Assembly: GCA_028282585.1 (NCBI GenBank)
Contig: JANQHR010000080.1
Coordinates: forward strand, 1-64,000
DNA length: 64,000 nt
Origin: Bacteroidales bacterium
GTDB taxonomy: Bacteria > Bacteroidota > Bacteroidia > Bacteroidales > UBA12077
Direction of reading: 5' to 3'
Below, piece by piece: positions 29,398 through 40,254 of the stretch; the stretch's first letter is position 1, and each line of letters starts with the position of its first letter. The notes below the pieces were generated by a model, which saw nothing but the letters and a program-made list of their open reading frames with translations, had not been told where the DNA came from and made no database searches. The position numbers and the translations under genes are program-made.

Positions 29398-30876
29398 TTA
29401 TTGTTTTAGATATACGGTAGAGTTTTGGTATTGAGTTAAAATTAACTTATCGTTTTCAAAACGAATATTCATATTAAGATTCCTGTTTCGAAATTCGCCT
29501 GATTCAGTTTTAAACAACTCAATGGGGTCTTGATTTTCATAACTTAGAAAAACTTTATCATTTGAGACTTTAATTACTAATTCATTATTATCGGAATCAG
29601 CATATATTCCAATATAAGACCTTACTTCGTCCATATCAGTCTCTATGTAAACAGCAGGCATAGAAGTAAAATCAGGGTATTCATATTCAACCGCTATTGC
29701 TCTCATTATTTCACGTAAAAGTGAGTTACCTTCATTTGAATTAACCATAATTACAGCTCCGTATTCAATATTTTTATATGCTGTTGCTTGGGAAACAAAA
29801 CCTTTATTCCAACCGCTATGGCCGAATCTAAGAGAATCTCCTTCGCTTCCAAGAAAAAAACCTATCCCCATAAAATCAGCAGCTTTCTGGGGCGATAGCA
29901 TTTCATCAATGGTTTCTTTTTTAAATTGTGATGATTTACCTTTTACAGCCTTCTGAACTTCAATAAGTATGGTTGCTAATTCTGTGGGATTTGTCCATAA
30001 ACCGGCTGCTGCCGATTCCGGGTATATATTATTTCCTCCTATTGCTTCGTTTGCAAAATACGGATATGCTATGGAGGTAATATTTGATAAGCTTTCCGGA
30101 AGTGGTTGTTGATAAGTACTATATTTAAGCCCAAGAGGACGGAAAAGTTCTTCTTCCATAATAAGCGATAAAGGTTTACTAAGGATATCCTCAATGGCTA
30201 ATTGAGCCACCGTATATCCACCGCCACTATATTTAAACCCTTTCCCCGGTAAAGCAGCAACCCTTACTTTATTAGAGTTTGCAGGATGTTCACCATTTAA
30301 GATTTGTGGCACAGTTGGAATCTCATCTGTTTTTGTATAACCTTTAAATCCATGCACGGTCATCCCTGCAGTATGACTTAACAGTTGGCGCAAAGAAACT
30401 TTAGGTTGCCAATCATCGTTCTTAGGAACTTTCCAGGACTCAAGGTACTCATTAATATCTCTATCCAGATTCACTAGACCTCTCTCTTTCAGCCGCATTA
30501 CCGTAAGAGCAAAAATTGGTTTACTAATTGAAGCAGCCTGGAATAATGTGTTAATATCAACTTGTTCATTATTCAACAAATCGCTCTTTCCAAAACCTCT
30601 GGCCCATTCAATTTCTCCATTATTAATTACTGCAACACTTACGCCTGGTGTATTATAATACTCCATTCTTTCGGAGAGAGTCATTCCAATATATTCATTT
30701 TCAATATCAGTATTTACCTGTAGGTTACTTATAATTCTTTCTATCCTGGCTTCAATCTCATCTGAATATACCGGGTTATTTGCAGCACTTAATTCCTGTT
30801 GTACCTTGTTTTCTGCATTACAACCTGACAAAATAACAATAAGAATAACAAATCCTTTTAAATGTTTAGTAATCAT
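29398..30876 (-). CDS. Serine hydrolase (beta-lactamase class C/PBP-like) lipoprotein
   Basis: AASISK (SxxK), LLSHTAG, YSGGGY, FGHSG; lipobox ILSGC after the ATG at 30876. Confidence 0.9.
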   Translation of the reverse strand: MITKHLKGFVILIVILSGCNAENKVQQELSAANNPVYSDEIEARIERIISNLQVNTDIENEYIGMTLSERMEYYNTPGVSVAVINNGEIEWARGFGKSDLLNNEQVDINTLFQAASISKPIFALTVMRLKERGLVNLDRDINEYLESWKVPKNDDWQPKVSLRQLLSHTAGMTVHGFKGYTKTDEIPTVPQILNGEHPANSNKVRVAALPGKGFKYSGGGYTVAQLAIEDILSKPLSLIMEEELFRPLGLKYSTYQQPLPESLSNITSIAYPYFANEAIGGNNIYPESAAAGLWTNPTELATILIEVQKAVKGKSSQFKKETIDEMLSPQKAADFMGIGFFLGSEGDSLRFGHSGWNKGFVSQATAYKNIEYGAVIMVNSNEGNSLLREIMRAIAVEYEYPDFTSMPAVYIETDMDEVRSYIGIYADSDNNELVIKVSNDKVFLSYENQDPIELFKTESGEFRNRNLNMNIRFENDKLILTQYQNSTVYLKQ

Positions 30877-31094
30877 TTTAGTTTGTTTATTAGTTAATAA
30901 TCTTTTATATAATAACATATTTATAATTTGATTAAAGACTATAAAAAAATTAGGTTGTTGCATTACATGATCATTTCTCAAAATACAACAAATAAAAATC
31001 CTTACAATCAAAATTTTAGCATATTGCACATTAAAATCCCGTCTTGATATTTTCAATAAATAATGGTAATTTAACAATATTATTTGATCTTGAA

Positions 31095-33035
31095 ATGAAA
31101 GGGAAAAAGATTCACGTACTACTCTACTTTTTGATTATTCAATGTTTGTTTATTTCTGTAAAAGCTCAAATTACCGAAATTGATAGCCTTGAAAATTGTC
31201 TAAGAAATTATCATACCGAAGATACAATCAGAATTAACCTGCTAAATGAAATTGCTTACAAATTATACCAAATTAATATAGAGTCTATGCACAAATATGC
31301 GAATGAAGCCCTGGAAATAGCCGATAAGTTGGAATTCGCAAAGGGGAAAGCTGAAAGTTTACGTATTATGGGCATATATTATAGAATTAAAGGTGATTAT
31401 CCTCTAGCACTTGAATTTTATCAAAGCTCTTTAAAATTGTTTGAACAACTTGGTAACAATTATGGTATAGGTGCTTGCCTGAATAATATAGGAAACATTT
31501 ACCGTTGGCAAGAAATTTATACACAAGCTCATCAATACTATCAAAAATCACTGGAAATAAAAAAGGAAATTGGTGATGAAAGAGGTATTTCACTAACCCT
31601 AAATAACATTGGGGTTTGTTTAATGAATGAGGGAGAATATGAAGAATCCCTGGATTATTTGCAAAGATCATTAGTTATTAAACAAGGAATAGGTGATATA
31701 AAATCAATTAGCAACACCCAGTATAATATTGGAAATACTTACGTAAAATTAGGTAATTATGCTAAAGCGTTGGAGTTTTATCAAAGTGCATTAAAAGTAA
31801 AAGAACTGGTAGGCGAGCGTTATGTATATCTGGGAACACTTAAAGGTATGGGTTTTATTTATTATCAACAGGGAAACTATGCGCTTGCTTTAAAAAAAAC
31901 TACCAAAGCCCTGGAAATGGAAAAGGACTATGGTTTTTTAGAAGATCAAAAGGACTTATATAAGCAAGTGTCAGATATTTACACTGCTTTAAATAATCCC
32001 GCAAAGGCATTGGAGAATTATATTCTTCATAAAGAAATAAGTGATAGTATTCATAAGACTGAAACTATAAAAAAAATAACGGCCCTGGAACATGATTATA
32101 AACATGAAAAAGAAAAACAAGCGCTTGAATTGGAACAACAAAAACAGGAAGCAATATTTGCAGCTGAAATAAAGCATCAAAAGATAATAAGCATTGCATG
32201 GATAGTAGGATTTGTAATGATGACAGCTCTTGCGTTAGCTATATTATTTAATTTTATACAAAAACGTAAAGCAAATAGGACACTTACCAAACAAAAAGAA
32301 GAAATTGCTGAAAAAAATACCGAGTTATTAGAACTTAATGCAACAAAAGATAAATTATTTTCTCTTGTAGCACATGATCTGAAAAGCCCGTTTAGTTCAC
32401 TACTAGGTATTTTGGAAGAATTATCAGAAAATTTTTCCGAATACGATGATGATAAGAAAGAAGAATATATCAGATATATTAATAATGTTGCCGAAAAAGT
32501 ATACAAACTATTGGAGAATTTACTAACCTGGGCTCAATCTCAAATAGGCAGAACTACATTTATGCCGGAAAAAATTAATCTGGAATCGTTAATTAACGAA
32601 ATAATTTTATTATTTGAGGAAAGTAGCAATAATAAAGAGATAAGTTTAATAACAGGCATCAATAAGGGGTTAACGGTAAGTGCAGACAGAAATATGATTG
32701 ATACGGTTTTAAGAAATTTAATACTGAATGCCATAAAATTTACCTCGAAAGGTGGGCTTATAACTATTAAATCGCGCAAAGTAACCGATGAAAACAATAA
32801 AAAATTTGTTGAAATATCAGTAAAAGATAATGGAGTTGGAATTTCTTCTGAAATTCAATCTAAATTATTTAAAGTAACCGAAAATATAACTACTAAAGGA
32901 ACCGAAAATGAAAAAGGAAGTGGTTTAGGGCTTTTAATATGTCAGGAATTTATCGAAAAACACGGAGGTAAAATCTGGGTCGAAAGTAAATTAAATAAGG
33001 GCAGCAAGTTCTTTTTTACCATTCCCATGGCATAA
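31095..33035 (+). CDS. TPR-repeat sensor histidine kinase
   Basis: Periplasmic TPR repeats, TM helix, AHDLKSPF, NAIKF, GSGLGL; ATG at 31095. Confidence 0.9.
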   Translation: MKGKKIHVLLYFLIIQCLFISVKAQITEIDSLENCLRNYHTEDTIRINLLNEIAYKLYQINIESMHKYANEALEIADKLEFAKGKAESLRIMGIYYRIKGDYPLALEFYQSSLKLFEQLGNNYGIGACLNNIGNIYRWQEIYTQAHQYYQKSLEIKKEIGDERGISLTLNNIGVCLMNEGEYEESLDYLQRSLVIKQGIGDIKSISNTQYNIGNTYVKLGNYAKALEFYQSALKVKELVGERYVYLGTLKGMGFIYYQQGNYALALKKTTKALEMEKDYGFLEDQKDLYKQVSDIYTALNNPAKALENYILHKEISDSIHKTETIKKITALEHDYKHEKEKQALELEQQKQEAIFAAEIKHQKIISIAWIVGFVMMTALALAILFNFIQKRKANRTLTKQKEEIAEKNTELLELNATKDKLFSLVAHDLKSPFSSLLGILEELSENFSEYDDDKKEEYIRYINNVAEKVYKLLENLLTWAQSQIGRTTFMPEKINLESLINEIILLFEESSNNKEISLITGINKGLTVSADRNMIDTVLRNLILNAIKFTSKGGLITIKSRKVTDENNKKFVEISVKDNGVGISSEIQSKLFKVTENITTKGTENEKGSGLGLLICQEFIEKHGGKIWVESKLNKGSKFFFTIPMA

Positions 33036-33369
33036 TAAATTTGTAGTATTTATGATTTATAAAAATGACTACTATTTAACAGAGTAACGTTCTTCGGAAC
33101 CTAATAAACTGATATCATTAAACTTTCTTGAGCTTTATAAAAAATGTATTTCAAACGAACTCAATACGGATTTATAGCAAAAGGTTATTTTTCTAATTAT
33201 CAGAATTTTAAGCCAATAAGTTGTTAAAAGAACTACAACTTAAAAAACTTAATGCCACTATGTTACATGAAACAAAGCTAATAATCATATGAATTAATTT
33301 TGATCAATTAAAACAATTGGCATTTACTTTTGTTTTAATTTATACAGAATAAGTTAAACAAGCAATATT

Positions 33370-33915
33370 ATGTTAGCTCAAATTATATTGATAATGAATA
33401 TTTTAATGAACAACGGAGAATTAACACTTTACGATTTTGAATCTAATGAAACTATGGGTAAATGGTACATCATAAATGATGAGGTAATGGGAGGAATTTC
33501 GACAAGTCGTTATATTCTAAATGAAAATGGTACAGCTACATTTAGTGGCGTTTTATCGTTGGAAAATAATGGAGGTTTCGCTTCGGTTCGTTCCATTATG
33601 AATAAAAAAGTTTCAAATGACTATCGCGGAATTATTGTTCGCCTTAAAGGCGATGGAAATATATACAGTATAAGGTTCCGTACCAATCAGAATTTTGACG
33701 GATACGCATATCAAACCAAGATTCAAAGCATACAAAACACCTGGAAAGAGTTTAAAATTCCCTTTGAAAATTTTAAACCAACTTACCGGGGTATGACCTT
33801 AACGGGTTTACCTGAGTTGGAATCAGCAGATATTGAACAATTTGGTTTATTAATTGCAGATAAACAGTATGGCGAATTTACGGTGGATATTGATTGGATT
33901 AAATTCTATAAATGA
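33370..33915 (+). CDS. CIA30-family protein
   Basis: NDEVMGGIS, LSLENNGGFASVR. Confidence 0.9.
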   Translation: MLAQIILIMNILMNNGELTLYDFESNETMGKWYIINDEVMGGISTSRYILNENGTATFSGVLSLENNGGFASVRSIMNKKVSNDYRGIIVRLKGDGNIYSIRFRTNQNFDGYAYQTKIQSIQNTWKEFKIPFENFKPTYRGMTLTGLPELESADIEQFGLLIADKQYGEFTVDIDWIKFYK

Positions 33916-34280
33916 GAACCAAACATTATTCTTATCGCATTAAAAGATTATGTCAACTCTTTCCAAAAACAATAACATGTTTACGAGTTAAAAAATTAAA
34001 GAATCTTAAACTTCTGTTTTTACCTAAATTCCGTTTTCAATAAGCTATTTTGTTTTATGAATTGCTAATGAAACAGCCTTCAGTTTCAAAGCACTGCTAT
34101 TACAGCGTTTCGGTTTTTTTGTGTGGCAGGTAAAGAAAAAGAAAATCAATTAACTGCGCTAAAGGAAGGACAAGCTTCTCTTTAATCTTTTACTCCTTTC
34201 AACAACACATATTAAAAATTCATTTTAAAATTATACTTCATATTTTGCATTTTAAATTCTATCCGCTACATTTGCATCAT

Positions 34281-34435
34281 GGTTAAGGTTCTTAGTTTAA
34301 GCTAAGAGGGAATTGGGTGAAAATCCCAAACAGTTACCGCTGCTGTAAGCTCCAAACCAAACTTTTTGCTCTTGAACAGCCACTTAAAGGGAAGGCCGGC
34401 AAAAAGGGAGTAAGTCAGAAGACCTGCCGTTAACC
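34281..34435 (+). ncRNA. Cobalamin riboswitch
   Basis: AAGAGGGAAT-GGGTGAAAATCCC, CCGCTGCTGTAA, GCCACT...GGGAAGG, AGTCAGAAGACCTGCC (B12 box); -7 promoter TACATTTG at 34267-34274; upstream of btuB. Confidence 0.95.
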
Positions 34436-34561
34436 AATTTACATTTGTAGCTTTCGGATAAAAAGCAAAGGTGTAGTCCAAAACCACACCGGAAAAAATC
34501 CTTTTATATCCTGTTAGTTATGAATGATTAAACCGACTATCGGATTTAATTATTTGTACTA

Positions 34562-36502
34562 ATGAAATTTTTGAAATACATATTTATTCTTCTGCTTTTA
34601 TGGGTAAATTATACGCTAGTTTCAGCTTCAGATCCTGATAATGAAATACCATCTGATACAATTGCATTGGATGAAGTAGAGATCACCGCAAACAGGTTAG
34701 TTCATTTTACTGCCGGTTCAAAAGTTCATAAAATTAAATCAGCAGAGATCAGTAATTACTATAATAATAATCTTTCTGATCTGCTGGCAGAGATCACCGG
34801 AATTTCGGTTAAATCTTATGGAGTTGCCGGCTTAAGTACTATAGCACTTCGCGGAATGAGTTCAAAACATACCGCCGTACTATGGAATGGAATAAACCTC
34901 CAAAGTAATATGAACGGAGGAGTAGATCTGAATTCGATTCCGTCTTTTTTGATAGACGAAATTGATATTCAGCATGGAGGATCAAGTGCATTGTTTGGAA
35001 GCGGTGCTGTTGGCGGTACCGTTCATTTAAATAACAACCTGAAATTTGACAATACTATAAGTTTACAATACAATCAAAGTATTGGAAGTTTTGATAATTA
35101 TTTCGAAGGACTCAAGTTAAAGATGAGTTCACAGAAATTTGCCAATAAAACTCGTATTTATCATAAGTATAGTAGAAACGATTATGAATTTAAAAACACT
35201 CAACAATTTGGTCATCCTAAGGATACCTTAAAAAATTCTGCATCCCGACAGCATGGAGTTTTGCAATCGAATGCCTTTCGAATAAATAATAAAAACCAGG
35301 TTCATACTAATATTTGGGTTCAACGTCATTTTATTCAAATCCCGGGTATTATGACCGATTTAGATCCCAGCCTTCAGAACCAGGATACAGATAATGTAAG
35401 AGTGTCAGCAGTATGGAATTACAACCGAGAAATAAGCACATGGTTTACAAGGTTTTATTACAACTACCAATCGCAGGTTTACAGGGATCCTAATATCAGT
35501 CTTGTTTCTGAAATGGATAATTCTGTATGGGTAGGCGAAATCGAAAATAAAACATCATTGGGAGATCATTTTCTGCTCAATGCAGGCTTAAATAATACCT
35601 ACGATTTAGCTAAAACATCTAACTACGGAACGAATAAAGAAAGAAACAGAACAGCTTTGTATTCATCCGTAAAGTATTTTAATGGTCCAAAGACATTATC
35701 AGCTATATTAAGTGTTCGTGAAGAATTAGTGGATGGTAAGCTATCTCCTTTTACTTTCTCGATAAGTTCAAGGTATTTTATTACCAATTACTTAAATATA
35801 AATGCCAACTTATCCAGGATTTACAACATGCCAACATTTAATGATCTTTATTGGATTCCAGGCGGAAACCCGGATCTGAAAACCGAAACAGGCTGGAGCG
35901 AAGATCTGGGAATTACTTTTCAAAATGTATTTAATAATCATTCGCTATTAATTGAATTATCTGGTTTTAATATCCATTTAAATAATCATGTTATATGGTT
36001 ACCAACCGGATCATCAGGAAATTGGGGAGCAGAAAATATAGAGAATTTATGGTCGAGAGGAATTGAAACAGGTCTGGCCTATGGACTAAAAGTTTCGAAC
36101 TTTACCATAAAAACCAATCTTCAATATAATTTCACAAAATCAACGTACGAAGAATCTGAAAATGCTGATCCGAACAGTATTGGCAAACAATTAATGTATA
36201 TTCCTAAACACAAAGGATTAGGTGAAATCAGATTAACTTACAAGTGGTTCAATATGAGATACATTCACAATTATGTTGGGAAAAGGTATATTACAAAAGA
36301 CAACTCCGATTTGGTGGATGGTTATCAGATTGCAGATGCATCTATAGGCAGTTTAATTAAACTAAAAACCTCCGAGATCCTGGTTAATTTCAAAATAAAT
36401 AATATTTGGAATGACACTTACGAGGTAATGGCTAATTACGCTATGCCTTTAAGATATTATACATTGAGTATAACATATAACTTTAATAAACAACTAAATT
36501 AA
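34562..36502 (+). CDS. btuB: TonB-dependent cobalamin receptor
   Basis: TonB box LDEVEITA, plug domain SALFGSGAVGG, PTFNDLYW; under a B12 riboswitch. Confidence 0.85.
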   Translation: MKFLKYIFILLLLWVNYTLVSASDPDNEIPSDTIALDEVEITANRLVHFTAGSKVHKIKSAEISNYYNNNLSDLLAEITGISVKSYGVAGLSTIALRGMSSKHTAVLWNGINLQSNMNGGVDLNSIPSFLIDEIDIQHGGSSALFGSGAVGGTVHLNNNLKFDNTISLQYNQSIGSFDNYFEGLKLKMSSQKFANKTRIYHKYSRNDYEFKNTQQFGHPKDTLKNSASRQHGVLQSNAFRINNKNQVHTNIWVQRHFIQIPGIMTDLDPSLQNQDTDNVRVSAVWNYNREISTWFTRFYYNYQSQVYRDPNISLVSEMDNSVWVGEIENKTSLGDHFLLNAGLNNTYDLAKTSNYGTNKERNRTALYSSVKYFNGPKTLSAILSVREELVDGKLSPFTFSISSRYFITNYLNINANLSRIYNMPTFNDLYWIPGGNPDLKTETGWSEDLGITFQNVFNNHSLLIELSGFNIHLNNHVIWLPTGSSGNWGAENIENLWSRGIETGLAYGLKVSNFTIKTNLQYNFTKSTYEESENADPNSIGKQLMYIPKHKGLGEIRLTYKWFNMRYIHNYVGKRYITKDNSDLVDGYQIADASIGSLIKLKTSEILVNFKINNIWNDTYEVMANYAMPLRYYTLSITYNFNKQLN

Positions 36503-36514
36503 ACTTTAATCAAA

Positions 36515-37618
36515 ATGAAAAAACTAATTTTCAAACAATGGTTTATCCTGTTTTTATCAATCGCTGTTTTTATAACTGCTTGTGATGATGACGATGATTC
36601 AATCTCCGGAATATTTTCCGATGGAGTTTTTATTACAAACGAAGGTAATTTTGGTGCAGGAAATGGTTCCGTAAGTTACTATTCATTTGGTGGTGATACA
36701 GTTTCCAATGATATTTTTAAAATGGTCAATTCAAGATCTTTGGGCGATGTAGTTCAATCTTTAACCTTGCATAACAATAAAGCATACATCGTTGTAAATG
36801 GTTCGGGTAAAATTGAGGTAGTTACAAATCATGACTTTGAAGAATACGGTGTTATTTCCGGTTTAACTTCACCAAGATATTTTGTTGGAATCAATAACGA
36901 TAAAGGATATGCAACAGATTGGGGTACAGGTTCAGGTACCGATGTTAAAGTAATCGATCTTAATACGCTTTCTGTTACAAAAACTATTACTGTTGGTATG
37001 GGCCCTGAAAGAATGTTATATCATAACAATCGTGTATATGTTGCAAATAGTGGTGGATTTGGAAATGACAATACGGTTAGCGTAATCGATCCTTCTACTG
37101 ATGAAGTTGTTAAAACCATAACTTTAGATGGCGATAGCCCAAGAGATTTTGCAGTTGACGCAAATGGCGACCTTTGGGTTTTATGCTATGGGGCAATTAC
37201 ATACAATCCTGATTTTAGCATTGCTTCAGAAACAGCTTCTAAGCTAATTAGAATTGACCCATCGACAAATGAAGTTGCTCAAACCATTACGATTAGTGAA
37301 ACAACTCACCCTGCTTGTTTAGAAGTTAGTAAAAATGGTAACAACTTATTTTATGGTGGCGGATTCGGATTCCAGGGAATATACAAGATGGATATTACGG
37401 ATACCAGTGCACCAACTACTCCTTTAATTGATAAATCGTTTTATGGATTTAATGTAAATTCAGAAACAGGAAACATTTTTGCTTGCGATGCCGGATTCTT
37501 TACAGCGAATGGTACTTTATACAGATATAAAGAAGATGGAACTGAGTTAGGAAATTACGAGGTTGGAATTGGCCCAAATGGAACTGGAACGAGTGCAAAA
37601 CGTAAAATAGAATTTTAA
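36515..37618 (+). CDS. btuG: Surface beta-propeller B12-binding lipoprotein (BtuG/YncE-like)
   Basis: Lipobox ITAC plus acidic DDDDD export signal; NEGNF...SVSYY, LGDVVQS, SPRY repeats. Confidence 0.8.
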   Translation: MKKLIFKQWFILFLSIAVFITACDDDDDSISGIFSDGVFITNEGNFGAGNGSVSYYSFGGDTVSNDIFKMVNSRSLGDVVQSLTLHNNKAYIVVNGSGKIEVVTNHDFEEYGVISGLTSPRYFVGINNDKGYATDWGTGSGTDVKVIDLNTLSVTKTITVGMGPERMLYHNNRVYVANSGGFGNDNTVSVIDPSTDEVVKTITLDGDSPRDFAVDANGDLWVLCYGAITYNPDFSIASETASKLIRIDPSTNEVAQTITISETTHPACLEVSKNGNNLFYGGGFGFQGIYKMDITDTSAPTTPLIDKSFYGFNVNSETGNIFACDAGFFTANGTLYRYKEDGTELGNYEVGIGPNGTGTSAKRKIEF

Positions 37619-37647
37619 ATTCTAAAAACTTATAAAAAGCATTTAAA

Positions 37648-38361
37648 GTGCTAACTCTTAAACATAAGTCATTATTTAATTGGAGCGGAGGCAAGGATTC
37701 TTCTCTTTGCCTCTATCACGCTCTTAGCGATGAACGTTTCGATATTCAGTATTTATTAACTACAGTTAACGGTAAATACAAAAGAGTTTCCATGCATGGT
37801 GTTTCGGAAAACTTTTTGGATGATCAAGCTGCATCTATTGGCCTACCATTAAGAAAGATATATCTTCCGGAATTTCCAACTATGGACGAATACGAAACCA
37901 TTATCTCAAAAGAACTGGAAGAAGCTAAGAATAATGGTATTAACATTTCCATTTTTGGAGATATCTTTTTGGAAGATTTGAGAAAATACCGCGAAAAACA
38001 ATTGGAAAAGAAAGGATTTAAAGCAATGTTTCCTCTTTGGAAACGTGATACCATGGATGTTGCAAAAGAATTCATCGAATTAGGATTTAAAGCCATTATT
38101 GTTTCGGTTGATGGAAGATATTTAGATAAATCATTTGCCGGAAGAATGTATGACAAATCATTTATCGATGATTTACCTGTAAGTGTTGATCCATGTGGTG
38201 AGAATGGAGAATTTCACAGCTTTGTTTTTGACGGGCCGATTTTTAGCAAACCTATACAATTTGAAAAAGGAAAAACAGTTTACAAAGAATATAAATCGCA
38301 TAACAAGGAAGAGCCAAATAAAAACATTGGTTTTTGGTATTGTGATTTGATTAGAAGTTAG
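37648..38361 (+). CDS. DUF71/Dph6-like ATP pyrophosphatase (diphthine-ammonia ligase family)
   Basis: PP-loop WSGGKDS, FGDIFL, DPCGENGEFH. Confidence 0.9.
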   Translation: MLTLKHKSLFNWSGGKDSSLCLYHALSDERFDIQYLLTTVNGKYKRVSMHGVSENFLDDQAASIGLPLRKIYLPEFPTMDEYETIISKELEEAKNNGINISIFGDIFLEDLRKYREKQLEKKGFKAMFPLWKRDTMDVAKEFIELGFKAIIVSVDGRYLDKSFAGRMYDKSFIDDLPVSVDPCGENGEFHSFVFDGPIFSKPIQFEKGKTVYKEYKSHNKEEPNKNIGFWYCDLIRS

Positions 38362-38429
38362 GATTTAGAATTCAGGAACCAGGAGTCGGAATACGAAAGC
38401 CAGAATACAGAATTTGAAGTTTGAAACTT
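38353..38429 (+). repeat. Degenerate heptamer tandem repeat tract
   Basis: TAGAAGT TAGGATT TAGAATT CAGGAAC CAGGAGT CGGAATA CGAAAGC CAGAATA CAGAATT TGAAGTT TGAAACT. Confidence 0.65.
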
Positions 38430-38486
38430 GTAATTAAATATCACCAAACTCAAAACCAATAACGCAAAATTTACAACTTAAAATAT

Positions 38487-38996
38487 ATGGCAAAAGTAAT
38501 ATTCATAACAGGTGGGCAACGTTCAGGAAAAAGTAATTATGCGCAAAGTAAGGCTCTGGAACTATCAAGGAATCCTGTTTATTTGGCTACATCAAGAATT
38601 TGGGATGAGGATTTTAAGAATCGTGTAGAAAGACATCAAAACGATCGCTCGGATAACTGGATCAATATCGAAGAAGAAAAAGAAATCAGCAAGTTAAAAC
38701 TAAAAGATAAAGTGGTTGTTTTAGACTGTATCACACTATGGCTAACAAATTATTTTTCGGATAGTAATTACCATGTTGATGAAAGCCTGGAAAAAGCTAA
38801 AAAAGAATGGGATAAATTCATCAAAGAAGATTTTACTGTTTTTGTTACAACGAATGAACTGGGTATGGGAGTTCATGCTCAAACGGAAGGTGCGCGAAAA
38901 TTCACAGATTTGCAAGGCTGGATGAACCAACACATAGCAAAAAAGGCAGATGAAGTGATACTAATGGTGGCTGGAATACCAATGAGGATCAAATAA
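38487..38996 (+). CDS. cobU: Adenosylcobinamide kinase / cobinamide-phosphate guanylyltransferase
   Basis: GGQRSGKS, DCITLWLTN, TNELGMG. Confidence 0.95.
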   Translation: MAKVIFITGGQRSGKSNYAQSKALELSRNPVYLATSRIWDEDFKNRVERHQNDRSDNWINIEEEKEISKLKLKDKVVVLDCITLWLTNYFSDSNYHVDESLEKAKKEWDKFIKEDFTVFVTTNELGMGVHAQTEGARKFTDLQGWMNQHIAKKADEVILMVAGIPMRIK

Positions 38997-39163
38997 AAGA
39001 TAAAAGTAATAAGGAAATGGCAGGAAATTATTTGTAATGTATTGTAAATAAGAACATAGAATACAGAGGCCAGTTTTTTATTTTACCAATCTAAATTCTG
39101 ACTCCTGAATTCCTGTAACCAAAAAAATAATTATCAACTAGCATTTACAATAATTTAGAACAA

Positions 39164-40171
39164 ATGACTATTCAAGAACAATTACTAAATAAAATAAATA
39201 ATAAGACCAAACCATTAGGTTCATTAGGTAAATTAGAAGAAATTGCCTTACAAGTGGGGCAAATCCAAAATACAACCTCACCAAAATTAAAGGAACCAAC
39301 CATACTTGTTTTTGCTGCCGACCATGGATTAGCAGATTCAGGAGTAAGTCCTTTTCCAAAGGAAGTTACTCAACAAATGGTTTTAAACTTTTTGAATGGC
39401 GGAGCAGCTATAAATATATTTAGTAAGCAAAACGGAATTAACTTAAAAGTGATTGATGCCGGAGTTGATGCTGATTTTCAAAACCATCCAAACCTTATTC
39501 ATGCAAAAATTGCTAGCGGAACCAAGAACATTCTCGAACGTGCTGCCATGACAATTAAAGAATGTAAGGAAGCCCTGAATAAAGGATCTGAAATTGTTGA
39601 GGAACAATTCAACAATGGATGCAATATCATCGGATTTGGTGAAATGGGAATCGGAAATACTTCTTCGGCATCCCTTATAATGAGCAAAGTTACAGGTCTT
39701 AGTATTGAAGAGTGTACAGGTAAAGGAACAGGCCATAGTGAAAATGGACTAAAACGTAAAAAGGAAATCCTTAAAAAGGCCGTTGAAAAATACCAATTAA
39801 ATGGAGACCCGCTTGAGATCCTTGCAACTTTTGGAGGACTAGAAATCGCTATGATAACAGGAGCCTTTCTAAAAGCTGCTGAATTGAATATGATCATTAT
39901 GGTTGATGGGTTTATTGTAACTTCCGCCTTGTTAATCGCTCGAATGATAAATCCTGAAATCCTTTCTAATTGTATCTTTACGCATGTTTCTAACGAACAG
40001 GGACATACTAAAATGCTGGACTATCTAAAAGTTCAACCTGTTTTAAATTTGGGAATGAGATTAGGTGAAGGAACAGGAGCAGCAATTGCATATCCAATTA
40101 TCCAATCGGCTGTTAATTTCTTAAATGAAATGGCTAGCTTTGAGGATGCAGGAGTATCTAATAAAGAATAA
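39164..40171 (+). CDS. cobT: Nicotinate-nucleotide--dimethylbenzimidazole phosphoribosyltransferase
   Basis: KTKPLGSLGKLE, GEMGIGNT, MRLGEGTGA. Confidence 0.95.
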   Translation: MTIQEQLLNKINNKTKPLGSLGKLEEIALQVGQIQNTTSPKLKEPTILVFAADHGLADSGVSPFPKEVTQQMVLNFLNGGAAINIFSKQNGINLKVIDAGVDADFQNHPNLIHAKIASGTKNILERAAMTIKECKEALNKGSEIVEEQFNNGCNIIGFGEMGIGNTSSASLIMSKVTGLSIEECTGKGTGHSENGLKRKKEILKKAVEKYQLNGDPLEILATFGGLEIAMITGAFLKAAELNMIIMVDGFIVTSALLIARMINPEILSNCIFTHVSNEQGHTKMLDYLKVQPVLNLGMRLGEGTGAAIAYPIIQSAVNFLNEMASFEDAGVSNKE

Positions 40172-40254
40172 CTTTCTGGCTACTGGCTTCTTGTTGTCAG
40201 TTAACCAGCGACTTGTAATCAATAACGGCAAAATAGAATTACAAAACCATTCAT

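Noticed and set aside
30877-31094. Long N-terminal extensions making the serine hydrolase and TPR kinase overlap
   Set aside because: Signal peptides begin at 30876 and 31095; the interval is a divergent promoter region
33916-34260. Possible gene fragment or RNA upstream of the riboswitch
   Set aside because: No recognisable protein motif or convincing structure
34302-34487. 61-aa minus-strand ORF
   Set aside because: It is the reverse complement of the cobalamin riboswitch
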